Shown piece by piece: positions 22,079 to 32,326 of a stretch of 64,000 nucleotides of DNA. Both the position numbers and the translations under genes were made by a program. The notes under the pieces are model-generated. The model was not told where the DNA came from. It ran no database searches and saw nothing but the letters and a program-made list of their open reading frames with translations. How positions within the stretch are numbered: position 1 is the first letter of the stretch; each line of letters starts with the position of its first letter. Origin of the DNA: Candidatus Bathyarchaeota archaeon (GTDB taxonomy: Archaea > Thermoproteota > Bathyarchaeia > Bathyarchaeales > Bathycorpusculaceae); the NCBI GenBank assembly GCA_963826715.1, contig CAWGYA010000008.1, positions 96,001-160,000 of the forward strand, read 5' to 3'.

Positions 22079-23127
22079 AAAAGAAGCTGAGAACGAATAA
22101 GATCAGGCTTCAAAGCGCCATCGATACCTAAAGCTACGGCACGTAAATTGTAAACTTCATTTTCTCTTTGAGTCATAAAAGATAGGGGCATTCCAATATT
22201 GAACGTGTTTGTAATACTGCTGGATTTTGCATTTTTGAGCAAGGATTCTTTGAAGCCCTTCTCAGCCTTCGCAAGGGTTTCTTCTGGGGGACCTTCACTT
22301 TTGAAGTATTTAGCGTAGGGACCACGGAGGGCAACTTCATATGCCGCATCAAAACTTGTCGCAGAAACAATAGATTCAACCCCCGTTTTGGCCAAATTAA
22401 AGTAATTATGGGGCACCGCTAACCTCAACCAATTGGAATCGTAGTTGAGGTTTTTGCCTCTCAGAAGCGAGAGCAGAATATAACTGTCGTTCTCCAGGCT
22501 TGCATAAAAACGTGCATGCACCTTCTCTCTACTTGGCAGATAATTATAAAGTTCAAACAGGTGTTCATAGAAAAAAGCATCAAGAAACACATCAAGACAT
22601 GTAGTTGAACCGTTCTCGTTGTAGCTCTCCAAACCCATTGACAAAGGACACCAGTACACGGTTCTCTCAAAAACATTCAACAGCTGAATCAGCGTGGAAG
22701 CTTTTGCAGCTTCCTCAAGAATTAGGCGTTTCTTAATATGACAGCCGACAAAGGGGTAAAGCTTTGCAAGCTTCTCCTCTGGAGTGAGCTTGGCAACTGT
22801 GGCTTTCACCAGAAATTTTACATTTTCCACTTCAAACCGCAAAAGATACAGCTTTAGATATTCAGTTACAGTTTTGGGGGAATATTTGATTATCTTCGTG
22901 TATAATTCAATTAAATTCTCATTTAATGCACGTTCAAGTTTGCGTCCAGTTAGTGGAAGCGTGATTTTGCTAAACTGCTCCTGATAGCTAGCATCTCGAA
23001 GTTGAGAAACAAAATCGTTCAGGTTTCGACTATCCGCCAAAGTCTTAATTTTGGCTTCACTGAGTAGACCACTTCGCTCAGCCCCGATTTTAGCAAGAAC
23101 CGAAGCGTAACGGGTTGTCTGGGTCAA
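22075..23127 (-). CDS. atpC: ATP synthase subunit C
   Basis: RFEVENVK, LLRGK, ENEVYNLR; 350 aa; cluster context. Confidence 0.88.
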   Translation of the reverse strand: MTQTTRYASVLAKIGAERSGLLSEAKIKTLADSRNLNDFVSQLRDASYQEQFSKITLPLTGRKLERALNENLIELYTKIIKYSPKTVTEYLKLYLLRFEVENVKFLVKATVAKLTPEEKLAKLYPFVGCHIKKRLILEEAAKASTLIQLLNVFERTVYWCPLSMGLESYNENGSTTCLDVFLDAFFYEHLFELYNYLPSREKVHARFYASLENDSYILLSLLRGKNLNYDSNWLRLAVPHNYFNLAKTGVESIVSATSFDAAYEVALRGPYAKYFKSEGPPEETLAKAEKGFKESLLKNAKSSSITNTFNIGMPLSFMTQRENEVYNLRAVALGIDGALKPDLIRSQLLF

Positions 23128-23480
23128 GTGGGGGTTTCCTCTAAAACTGCAGTAACAACCATTGAAACAGCTTTGTCCATGCGTTTTTCAGCTTGGCTTC
23201 TCAGGTTTGCAGCGTCTTGTTCGTTAGCTTTTAGCATCTCTTCACGGCACTGGTTGGCTTCATCCACTGCTTTGTTGTAGATTTGTGCGGATTCTTCTTT
23301 GCCGTAGATTTCGCTATTGACCATCAGCTTGTCAGATTCCTGCTTAGCTAAGAGGGTGATGTTTTTGGCTTTCTGCTGCGCATCAACTTGGATTTGTTCG
23401 GCTTCGGCTTCAATTTTTTTAAGTTCATCCCACACTTTCTGCATTCTTTCCACGACACACTCTATCTTAAGGGCTCTCAT
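23124..23480 (-). CDS. atpH: ATP synthase subunit H (G)
   Basis: LKKIEAEAE coiled coil, about 105 aa, stop overlaps the atpC start. Confidence 0.8.
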   Translation of the reverse strand: MRALKIECVVERMQKVWDELKKIEAEAEQIQVDAQQKAKNITLLAKQESDKLMVNSEIYGKEESAQIYNKAVDEANQCREEMLKANEQDAANLRSQAEKRMDKAVSMVVTAVLEETPT

Positions 23481-23552
23481 AAGATTTTTGCGGTTTCATA
23501 TAACAATTTACAGATTAACTATACTTTTGATTCAGGAATAATCCAAGGCGAG

Positions 23553-24287
23553 CTATCCGATGACGAAAAGCAGCAGCACACCAACTATAAAACCTACGGA
23601 AAGCGCAAAATCCTCCGCATGCCCTGTAGATTCGCGGTATGCTCTTGATATAAGTTCACCCGAAATAAAGACAACCAGTGTGCCTGCGGCAAAACCTAAT
23701 ACGCCTGCTAAGACATCTTGAATGACGTTTTTTGCCAGAAAATAACCAACAGGAGCAGCGATGGCGACTATCACAAAATCGAATAGCCAATCGCGCATTA
23801 TTAACCAATTTTTTATGCCCTGTTTCTTCATTATTTTAGCGCCTTCCAGAGTTGTAGCCAAGTTGCCCAAGAAAATAACGGCTTCAGCCACGAATAATCC
23901 CGGTTCTTGCAATGCGATTATGATACCTATGAAAAGGGATTCGGGAACACTATCTAGGATTGTGCCTACAACAGCGAGTTTCCCCTCAGAGTGTTTTTTT
24001 CGTTTCTGACCTTTCTCGGAGTTATCATGTTTGAAAAAATGCTGAGCTATCCCAAATGTTATTGCGCCTAAACTGAAGCCTACAAGTAAATCCAAAAAAC
24101 CTCCCAGTCTCAGTGTCTCTTGCACGAGAAGCATCACTGCAGAAAAAAAAATACCAGCGCCAAAAGCTGCAAAAAGAGCCCTCCGCGCGGTGGAATAATT
24201 AAACACTATAGCAATTAACGCGCCTATAGGAAATGCGGAGGCAACAAAAATACCTGAAAGAACTGTTTCAAGCACTATGTAACTCAC
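23553..24287 (-). CDS. ZIP-family metal transporter
   Basis: AFGAG, LDSVPES, FLGN, GFAAG; about 8 TM. Confidence 0.85.
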   Translation of the reverse strand: MSYIVLETVLSGIFVASAFPIGALIAIVFNYSTARRALFAAFGAGIFFSAVMLLVQETLRLGGFLDLLVGFSLGAITFGIAQHFFKHDNSEKGQKRKKHSEGKLAVVGTILDSVPESLFIGIIIALQEPGLFVAEAVIFLGNLATTLEGAKIMKKQGIKNWLIMRDWLFDFVIVAIAAPVGYFLAKNVIQDVLAGVLGFAAGTLVVFISGELISRAYRESTGHAEDFALSVGFIVGVLLLFVIG

Positions 24288-24488
24288 AAAATGCCTCCAT
24301 CGGGTTTTTCCCTGAAATTACAATTAAGAAATGCGTTAACGCGCTTTTTAAGTTTTAATAAAAAATCCTGTGCTACCAAATATCAATCAGTAATACCGCT
24401 ACTAAATTTATCAAGCCAAATAGGTATTAACACCCAACCAGAATGTGCTAAATATTCCCAAAGATAAAAAGCGCCAACGCCCAAACGA

Positions 24489-25385
24489 TTAAACGCTTCT
24501 GAGAAGCTCGCCCAGTTTCGTTAACTCGCCAAACATGACGCAGTGTCCTTTGCTGGGAAAAACCTCTAAGAAACTACCATCAACACAATTGTGAAGTGCA
24601 TAGGCATTCTCTACTCTACATGTTTTATCCTCACAACCATGCCAAATGGTTAATTTACCGGCGGGAATTCCCTTAAAAGAAAATGGCCATGGCTTCATGA
24701 AAATCTGGTGTTCTTCAACTACCGTTTTTAAGCTCATATCTCCCTGGCGAAAGCCTTCAGCCATAGCTCTATAAATCCATGACATCCATGACGGATCAGA
24801 AAAAAATTGTATATCATCTTTGGAGCATCCGCGAAGCATTTGTTTTCCCTGCTTTGAATTCAAAAAAGCAGAGATATCCCCGTTGGCTCTCAACACTTGA
24901 CGCCGCATCTGCTTCATCGCCAACACCCCGAGAAAAGGAAGTTTCATGACATAACGGGCAAAAGGTAGGTTATGGGCGGTTGAGACATCAAAAGGCAAAG
25001 ACGGAGCACCTACAATAACAGCCCGGGTTACACGCTCAGAAAAAAAAGCCAAGTACGCAAGAGCAAAAACTCCACCCCCAGACCAAGCCAGAACGCTGAA
25101 GCGTTCAAAACCTAACCGATTCATTAGAAAGTTTATGTCACTATTTAAGTCACGAAGGTTTTTCCTTGACATAAAACTCGATAAGCCATAGCCAGGTCGA
25201 TCGATACCGATTATCTGCAGATTCGTAGATTGGGCAAATTCGTTTAATAGTAAAACTTCCAAGCGGCTGCTGGCGGTACCGTGAAAATAAACAACAGGCT
25301 TTCCGTTACCAACTGTTGAGTACCCAAGACGTCTCCCATCCGGTAAAACAATTACTTGACTATTCAACAGCACCACATCTATCAA
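24489..25385 (-). CDS. Alpha/beta hydrolase
   Basis: LPDGRRLGY, FHGTASSRLE, DRPGYG, nucleophile elbow AWSGGG, WHGxED, GH. Confidence 0.92.
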   Translation of the reverse strand: MIDVVLLNSQVIVLPDGRRLGYSTVGNGKPVVYFHGTASSRLEVLLLNEFAQSTNLQIIGIDRPGYGLSSFMSRKNLRDLNSDINFLMNRLGFERFSVLAWSGGGVFALAYLAFFSERVTRAVIVGAPSLPFDVSTAHNLPFARYVMKLPFLGVLAMKQMRRQVLRANGDISAFLNSKQGKQMLRGCSKDDIQFFSDPSWMSWIYRAMAEGFRQGDMSLKTVVEEHQIFMKPWPFSFKGIPAGKLTIWHGCEDKTCRVENAYALHNCVDGSFLEVFPSKGHCVMFGELTKLGELLRSV

Positions 25386-25515
25386 AATACTCAGACTTTG
25401 TTTATCAACTTTGTTTGAATTTGAATGCTAATCTACCGCAGGGATTCGATTTAGCAGGCATATAAGAAGTTTTTGAGTGAGCAAAAAATTATGATTCTTC
25501 CGTATTGGAGGGAAA

Positions 25516-25682
25516 TGGTTTGGTTTGAGCAGTTTACTCCAGGAACTACTTCTTTAAGGCAGTAATGGGCTTGTAGGAGGAGACTTCATTTCGAGTTTGT
25601 TTTTTCTGTTATTAGATGATACGAAACCAGCGTGTGCTTGAAAAACTCAATATACTCCACTACCACAACCTAACCAAACCAT
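25516..25682 (-). ncRNA. Candidate structured non-coding RNA of unknown family
   Basis: Perfect 11-bp terminal stem ATGGTTTGGTT/AACCAAACCAT enclosing nested stems whose G-U pairs form only on the minus strand. Confidence 0.4.
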
Positions 25683-26203
25683 GCACGAAGTGAACAAAAA
25701 ATCAAGCTCCCCACAACCAAAACACAATCAAAAAACAAACCAAAACAAAAAACCAACCCAAACCACAACCCAAGAAGTGAAAAAACAAAAAACCCCACAA
25801 CTACGCAAAAAGAAAACTAAGCAATTGATACCCAACTAACCTAAAGAAGGCAAACCTACAAAACCAAAATCGATTAAAAGTTAAACACTCTACAGCCGAC
25901 CATGACCACCATTTTATTTTATTTAAGAACCGGCCATCACCGCTGGAAGTCTATAAAAAATGGAAAAGCGTCGAAAAAACCTAAATTTTCTCTTCAGTAA
26001 GCAAAACAATCGTGCAGAATTCAATCAGAGTTTACCGACACACAAAACGTATCGGTCAGAGATTTAGCGTTTGACGCATTGCCCAGCAGCGGGATCAAAG
26101 TGGTTTTTGTCACCGTAATCACAGAATTTACAGTCATTGCGTATTTCTTGCCCAAAGGGGCAGCCTTTCAAATCAGCCAATCAATTCACCATACGAGTTT
26201 TTG

Positions 26204-26279
26204 TGGTAGCCCAGAAGAGATTCGAACTCTTGTCAAGGGCTCCAGAGGCCCCTATGCTTGACCACTACACCACTGGGCT
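26204..26279 (-). tRNA. tRNA-Gln (CTG)
   Basis: Cloverleaf AGCCCAG...CTGGGCT-A-CCA; anticodon arm GGGGC-CTCTGGA-GCCCT; T-loop TTCGAAT; CCA encoded. Confidence 0.96.
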
Positions 26280-26568
26280 GCAAACACAGACAAACAACAA
26301 TCGCAATTTATTAACTTTAATGCTGCCCCGACCATTTTGAGTTAATTCAAGACTTTAAACGTGTAGAATTAATTTTCGATGTGGACTGCAGCTTTGCTTA
26401 GCCTGAAAGGAAGAATATTTTTCGGTTTAACTGTAAAAAAGGCAGAATTTAATGAATTGTTGGAATTGCCCAAAATTGGCGGTAAACCGAATGAAAATGT
26501 ATCTACAAATTGTTTTAGATAAAATAAAAAAGAATAGGGGAAATTTATTTTGTTTTGTTTTGGCTTTT

Positions 26569-29139
26569 TTAGTGTTTACGCAGCATTAAGAGTATGATCA
26601 CAAGACCAACTACAATAATGGCTACGAAAAGACCTGCGATTGCTGGTACAAAGTATTGATCTGCAACTGAGTCAACTGGAGCAACAGGAGTAGCTGTTGG
26701 TGCTGGTGCGATTGCTGTGAAAGTTGATTGTGCGGAAGCTCCGAAGTAGCCTTGTGTACCCGCGAATTTCGCGACGACAGTGTAGTCGCCTTCGATATCG
26801 GGCATCCATGTTAGAGAGAACATACCGCTTGCATCGGTTGTAGTTTCGCCGATTTGTCTAAAGTTGCCATTTGCATCAGTTACGTAGACTGTGACTGGAA
26901 CTCCGGTTAAGTTTGTTGGCATGACCTGATCTTCGTAGACTGCCGCCATAAACTGGCCCATGCTTTCGTCTGAAACTACTGGGACACCGTTTGGATATCG
27001 TGCTGCTTGCTCGCTCTGTGTTGTTCCGGCTGAAATGTCCATGACTGTTCCTCGTATAACAAATGGTGTTCCGACTGTTGTTGCTGTGTTTGGTGCATCA
27101 ACGGTTAATTGGCTGGGTCCTCTGCCTATTGAGTATACTTGGCTGTCATAACAATTGTAGAATGCTGCGTATCCATCAGCATTTGGGAAAGATTGCATTG
27201 AGTTGCCTAGTCCGCATGCAGACCAGTCTAGTAGTGTCCAAATTTCTTCGCCAGTGGTAGCGTTAATTGCGCGTGTCATTGCTCCGTTGTAAAGTGGGTT
27301 TGTTGGTGAGTGTTCACCTGTGAAGGTGTAGAGTACACCAGAAGCGAAAGCAGTGATGTGGGTTGGATAATAACCCCAAGGGCCGTTGTTTTCCATGTTT
27401 GTAGAGTTTCCTGCTCCACCGTTACCGTACGTCCAGAGTAGGCTCCCGTCCGTCATTGAATAGCAAAAGACTAATCCACCAAGACCGCCTACGTAGAGGT
27501 TTCCGTTATACGTTACACCTGCTCTAGAGCTGTAGTATTGGAATCCAGGTTGGTCACCAAGTGGACCCCAAAGCTTTTCTCCAGTGGTAAGGCTGTAGCC
27601 TAAACGTTGACCGGTTTCTGCGATTGTCATGGCGAATGTGAGGGAGGTTGCATCTATGGGTTGTGTGCAAAACATTTGTGTTTGGTTGTTTGCTGGTGCA
27701 GGGTAGTGTTTAATCCAAGAAAGATGACCTTCTGAAGCTGGATCGTCACTTAATGCCCAGATTGTCCAGGGATCAGCGTTGGGTCTTGGTGTTGATGTAG
27801 TTGCAAGGCTGCTGCTTGCGCCCAAGATTTGCTTACCTGGAACAACACCGATGATTGTTGGGTTTGTGTCGCCTGTTAAGTCTGCATTAATTGTTACGTT
27901 CCAGCTGATTGCAGTGTTTGAGGCACCGTCGAAAGAGCGGTTAGGGCCTGACCACGTGTCTGAGTTGCTGCTGATTAACCTTGTTAAGTTCCACAGTGCT
28001 AACGAGCCAGTCATTGACGTAGTATTGTAGCTAAATAGGTATCTGCCGATTGTGCCGTCGTTGAAGTATACTTGTGTGCCTGAAGGAACACTGGTTACGT
28101 TGAATATGGGTTTCCCGTCAAATGCATTATAGCCGTACCATGTTGAACCGGAAGTTTGCCATAATTGAGCTCCGCCGGGTCCATAGCCGTTAGGGGATTG
28201 GAAGTTAATGATTGATGCGAAGGTTGGGTTAATGTCGGGGTTAGTCCAGATTGTTTCGCCTGTCAGCATATCTACTGCAACGTAGTCACCGCCGCGACCA
28301 GAATAACCTAATGGTTCTTGGAAGTAGAGGATTCCGTTGACAATTATTGGGCTTGTGAATCGAATGTTATATGCCATTCCTGAGTAGTATGCGCCAGCGG
28401 TATCAAGGTCTTGCTGAGGTTGTGATACTGTTCCTCCGAGTGCTCCGCCGAATTCAATTGGTTTTGTCCACATGATGTGGGGAGTCATAACTGGAGCGCC
28501 GTTGTATTGTATGTAGCTTTGTGGTAGTGACATCAAGCCTGAAGATTGTGCGTTTCCACCTAGCCAGTTTGATCCGATAGTAAAAGCATTATTGATGTTT
28601 TGGTTTTGGTTGATTGGTCGAGACCAGTATTCTTCAGGTAATGGATTTTGAGGTAATGAAGAAATTGGTTCTTCTTGCACTGTCCAAAGGTATGTTGCAT
28701 TGGCAGGGGTATAATAGTCACCATTGTATGCACCGCCGAAGTCGTGTGTTTGGCCTGGGAAGAGGAATGTAATGTTGTATACTCCTACCTGTGTGGGCGT
28801 AAAAGAGAAAGCTTGTGCAGAGGTTGTGTCTTGAACAATGGGGTAATTGAATGTTTGAGATGTCCCGTCGGGTGCTGTAACGATGAATTGGTAGTTTTCA
28901 AACCTGATGTCGTTGGTGATTAAAGCTCCGGCGATTACGTAGTTGAGAAAGCCGAAAATTTCACCTGCTTGGTTGACACCTATTGGGGAGGGTGTAGCAA
29001 AGGCGTAAGCTTTTGGCGTTATAATATATGGTGGTGTGTGTGCGTCAGTTGGTTGTATGGTTAATAGAGTTGTACTCATCGAGATTGTTAGTATTAAAAC
29101 AATTAAAATAGCCATAGTTTTATTTTTTCGTGTTTGCAT
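26569..29139 (-). CDS. Secreted PQQ-like beta-propeller protein with C-terminal membrane anchor (copy 1)
   Basis: Signal peptide, YWSRPI, HIMWTKP, GEHS, NATTGEEIW, YNCYD, Ig-like domain, Pro/Thr linker, TM + LRKH. Confidence 0.88.
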   Translation of the reverse strand: MQTRKNKTMAILIVLILTISMSTTLLTIQPTDAHTPPYIITPKAYAFATPSPIGVNQAGEIFGFLNYVIAGALITNDIRFENYQFIVTAPDGTSQTFNYPIVQDTTSAQAFSFTPTQVGVYNITFLFPGQTHDFGGAYNGDYYTPANATYLWTVQEEPISSLPQNPLPEEYWSRPINQNQNINNAFTIGSNWLGGNAQSSGLMSLPQSYIQYNGAPVMTPHIMWTKPIEFGGALGGTVSQPQQDLDTAGAYYSGMAYNIRFTSPIIVNGILYFQEPLGYSGRGGDYVAVDMLTGETIWTNPDINPTFASIINFQSPNGYGPGGAQLWQTSGSTWYGYNAFDGKPIFNVTSVPSGTQVYFNDGTIGRYLFSYNTTSMTGSLALWNLTRLISSNSDTWSGPNRSFDGASNTAISWNVTINADLTGDTNPTIIGVVPGKQILGASSSLATTSTPRPNADPWTIWALSDDPASEGHLSWIKHYPAPANNQTQMFCTQPIDATSLTFAMTIAETGQRLGYSLTTGEKLWGPLGDQPGFQYYSSRAGVTYNGNLYVGGLGGLVFCYSMTDGSLLWTYGNGGAGNSTNMENNGPWGYYPTHITAFASGVLYTFTGEHSPTNPLYNGAMTRAINATTGEEIWTLLDWSACGLGNSMQSFPNADGYAAFYNCYDSQVYSIGRGPSQLTVDAPNTATTVGTPFVIRGTVMDISAGTTQSEQAARYPNGVPVVSDESMGQFMAAVYEDQVMPTNLTGVPVTVYVTDANGNFRQIGETTTDASGMFSLTWMPDIEGDYTVVAKFAGTQGYFGASAQSTFTAIAPAPTATPVAPVDSVADQYFVPAIAGLFVAIIVVGLVIILLMLRKH

Positions 29140-29179
29140 TTTTCTTATTTCCTAAATATTTACGGGTAAAAGCAATACT
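29108..29179. repeat. 72-bp exact direct repeat, copy 1 (5' leader plus first codons of beta-propeller gene 1)
   Basis: Identical to 32077..32148. Confidence 0.9.
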
Positions 29180-29199
29180 GATGTATTAACTTCTACCTA

Positions 29200-29280
29200 A
29201 AGCGATTGCATAACAATGATCGCTTATAAAACATTGTCAAATGAACCACTTATGACAAACCCAAAACATCAATTGAAATT
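29200..29280 (-). promoter_or_regulatory. Putative promoter/operator of beta-propeller gene 1
   Basis: TTTTATAA box on the minus strand; inverted repeats AAGCGAT-N12-ATCGCTT and TTGTCA-N13-TGACAA; motif shared with 32196-32256. Confidence 0.5.
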
Positions 29281-29323
29281 ATAAAATAAAAAAGAAGAGA
29301 GGAAATTTGTTTTGTTTTGGCTT

Positions 29324-32108
29324 TTAATGTTTGCGTAGTACCAAGAACATGGTCAATAGACCAAGAACTATGATGGCTACGAAGAGACCTGCGATTGCTG
29401 GCACAAAGTATTGGTCTGCAACTGAATCAACTGGAGCAACAGGAGTCGAAGTTGGTGCAACATCATCAACGCTAAAAGCGGTTACAGCATGGGAAGGCCA
29501 ATAAGATTCAGAGCCTGCGAACGAAGCATAGACTGTGTATTTGCCAGAGATGTCAGGTTGCCAGTTGAAGCTAAAGAAGCCATCAGCATCGCTGGTAGTT
29601 GTGCCGATTGCGCGGTAGTTACCGTTACCGTCAACCACGCTAAGTTCGATAGGGACACCGGTGGTGTTGGTAGGTCTGCCTTTTTGCATGTAAACGTATT
29701 CCATCCATTGCGACTGCGAGTCGTCAGAGACTAGCGGGAACGCCATTGGGGAATCGTGCTGCTTGTTGAGCTTGGTTTGTGCCTGCGGAGATGTCTGTAA
29801 CTGTGCCTTTGATGGTGATAGATGAGCCAAGATCTGCGGAAACGTCTGGTGCTGTGACTGTCATGGCGCTTGGACCCTTGCCAAGAGCATAGATTGAACC
29901 GTCATAGTTGTTCCAGTAGATAAGCACGCCGTCAGCGGTTGCAAAGCTCTCAGGATAAGCCCATCCAGTCATTGTCCATAGGACATCGCCTGTGGTTGCG
30001 TTGAGACAGCGAACGCGTTCGCCTTTGTAGAGCGGGGTGTCAGCAGAGTGTTCGTGCGTTCCAATGTAGAGTTTACCATCGCAGATAAGACCTTCCATGA
30101 GAACGTAGTTTTGGATCTTCTCGCCGCCAGAGGGTGCAGTGTAGCGCCATTGAAGCTCGCCGGTTGTCAGGTTGTAGGCTGAGATCATGCCAGTGTAGCC
30201 GCCAGTGTAGAGCATACCATATGCGAGCTTTGTCTGAGTAACAGAGATCAAGCTTGGCCAAGTAAAGTATCCGTATGGATTAATGTCTGATTGAGCATCA
30301 GTGGAGAATAATTCATTGCCAGTGTTAATATCGTAGACGTGGAATTTCTGGATTGGCACCTCGAGTGCAACAAAAACGCCCTCATCAATTGAGGCGTGTT
30401 CATAGATGTAGTTAGTGTTTTCGTTAGCATTGTCGATATCTAAGTTCTTCATGTAGATCAATTGACCTAAGCTTTCAGGTTTAAGACTGATTGCCCAGAT
30501 AGTAGTTTCGTCAGGGAAAGCATATGAAGGACTACCAGAGCCCATAGGCCACGAACCGTTGCTACCCCAAAGCATATCACCTACTTTTGCTGCGCGGATG
30601 GTTGGTGTTGAACTGAACTGTATCGGAGAGCTAATGTTCCAGTCATAACGTGATGCTAAACCAGCATCGATTGTCGTTCGGCTAGGGTCTGATCCCGCGG
30701 AGATCATAGGTAGGACTTTGGAGGCGTTCCATTCTGCTAAGTAATAGCTGGGGTTTGAACTTGTGCCTTTGTTAGAGAAGATGAGACGTAAGTTTTCGCC
30801 AGTAGAATCAGTTATTTCGAATGCGCCAGTGGAAGGAACGTTAGTGACAGTGAACGGTGCAGGTATGCCGTTTGAGGGCGTTAGAGCTTTGTTGTAGTTG
30901 GGTGTGAATATCCAACCAGGAGTCTGAATGCCGTGTTCATTGGGGTCGTCTTGACTGTAGTAGTAACCAAACCAGTAGTTAGAAGGTGTACTCATAATTG
31001 AGTAGGACCACTGCTGGAATGTCGTTCCAACGGAAGCTGTTGTGTTTGTTTCGTAGATAAGTTCCCCGGTTTTTAAGTCAACGCAATCTAAGAAATCACT
31101 TGAACCGGCGTAGTATTGGTTAGGCGAGTAGTAGATTCTACCGTACATGATGATCTGGTTCATGAAGCGTGGTTGATATTGTGAGCCTGCATTGAAGGTG
31201 TTACCACCGCCGCGACCGTCTAGGGTGCCGCCGAGAACGCCGTTGTCTTCTGTGGGTCTTGTCCAAAGAATGTGTGGGCTGTTTGGTGCGGTGCCGTCAG
31301 CTTGGTATCTGTTTTCGATGCCCCCGTTATCACGATCATGAACGCTGGCGAGCCAATTAGATGAAACCTGGTACCAGTTTGTGTTCTGTCCGTCGATTGG
31401 ACGAGTCCAGTATTCTGTTGGCATAGCCTGAATATCAGGAAGACCGATGAGTCCTACTGGTTCATCTTGGACAGTGACCATCATTGTGTAGGAGCTAGAT
31501 TTGAATGTTGTACCGTAGTAATCATTGCTTCCGCCGGTTGTCGAGTTCCATCTGTAATAGAAATCAAGAACTGTTACGGTTAAGGTGTAGTTGCCAGTTT
31601 GGTCAGGAGAGTATCCAGTATAGGCTGAACCTGTTGAGTCAGAAACGAAAACGCCATTGATTGCTCCACCAGTTGAAACACTACCAGTGTTCTGACCAGA
31701 TGGAGGAAGAGTTTCTTCTGAACCGTCAGGTTTTGTTATGTTGAGTTTAAATTGGTAGCGAATATCGTTGCCTAGTAATGCGCTTGGCGGTACCTGTGGA
31801 TTAAACATAACAACGTTGAATTGTTGTCCAACACCAACAGGGTTAGGTGCAACCATCATGTAGACATGGGTAGGAATTGAATCTTGGAACCGGTTCCAGA
31901 GTAAAAGCCTGGTGGCAGATGCATTAACAGACATTCCGCTCCAGTGCATTCCTGCATTGATTGCAGAGGCTGTATCAACGTTGTAGTTGACTCCGTTGAT
32001 TATTTCTGCGCCTGCGGGTGCAGCGAATAGCCCCATTGAGATTGCCGTTGATGAGATCAAAATCACAGCGATAATTATAGCCATAGTTTTATTTTTTCGT
32101 GTTTGCAT
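29324..32108 (-). pseudogene. Secreted PQQ-like beta-propeller protein (copy 2) with a +1 frameshift near the C-terminus
   Basis: ORF 29724..32108 ends RFPNGVPASL*; the homologous continuation VSDDSQSQWMEYVY...LRKH is in ORF 29324..29830; one extra base in GTTCCCGCTAGTC (~29729-29741). Confidence 0.85.
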
Positions 32109-32148
32109 TTTTCTTATTTCCTAAATATTTACGGGTAAAAGCAATACT
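32077..32148. repeat. 72-bp exact direct repeat, copy 2
   Basis: Identical to 29108..29179. Confidence 0.9.
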
Positions 32149-32326
32149 AATTACTAAGATAATTACCCCTACCCAAAACGACTGAGGTTTTGGTTATTAA
32201 TAAAGTAGTGTACAATGAAGAACTTCTGACAGACTCTAAGCTTGTCAATTGGAAGATTAAAATCATGAGAAATATTTACAACTTATACAAATTATTGATC
32301 TTATAAATCAAATATTTAATAAATTT

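Noticed and set aside
20013-22080. atpI as a recombinase-invertible segment
   Set aside because: No flanking inverted repeats seen, the right end overlaps the atpC stop, and there is no recombinase in the window
25680-25870. CRISPR array or tandem repeat in the A/C-rich tract
   Set aside because: Low complexity only; no constant repeat unit or regular spacing
25500-25970. 5S rRNA, SRP RNA or RNase P RNA
   Set aside because: None of their conserved sequence motifs could be found
26079-26340. Two short plus-strand ORFs
   Set aside because: Antisense shadows of tRNA-Gln
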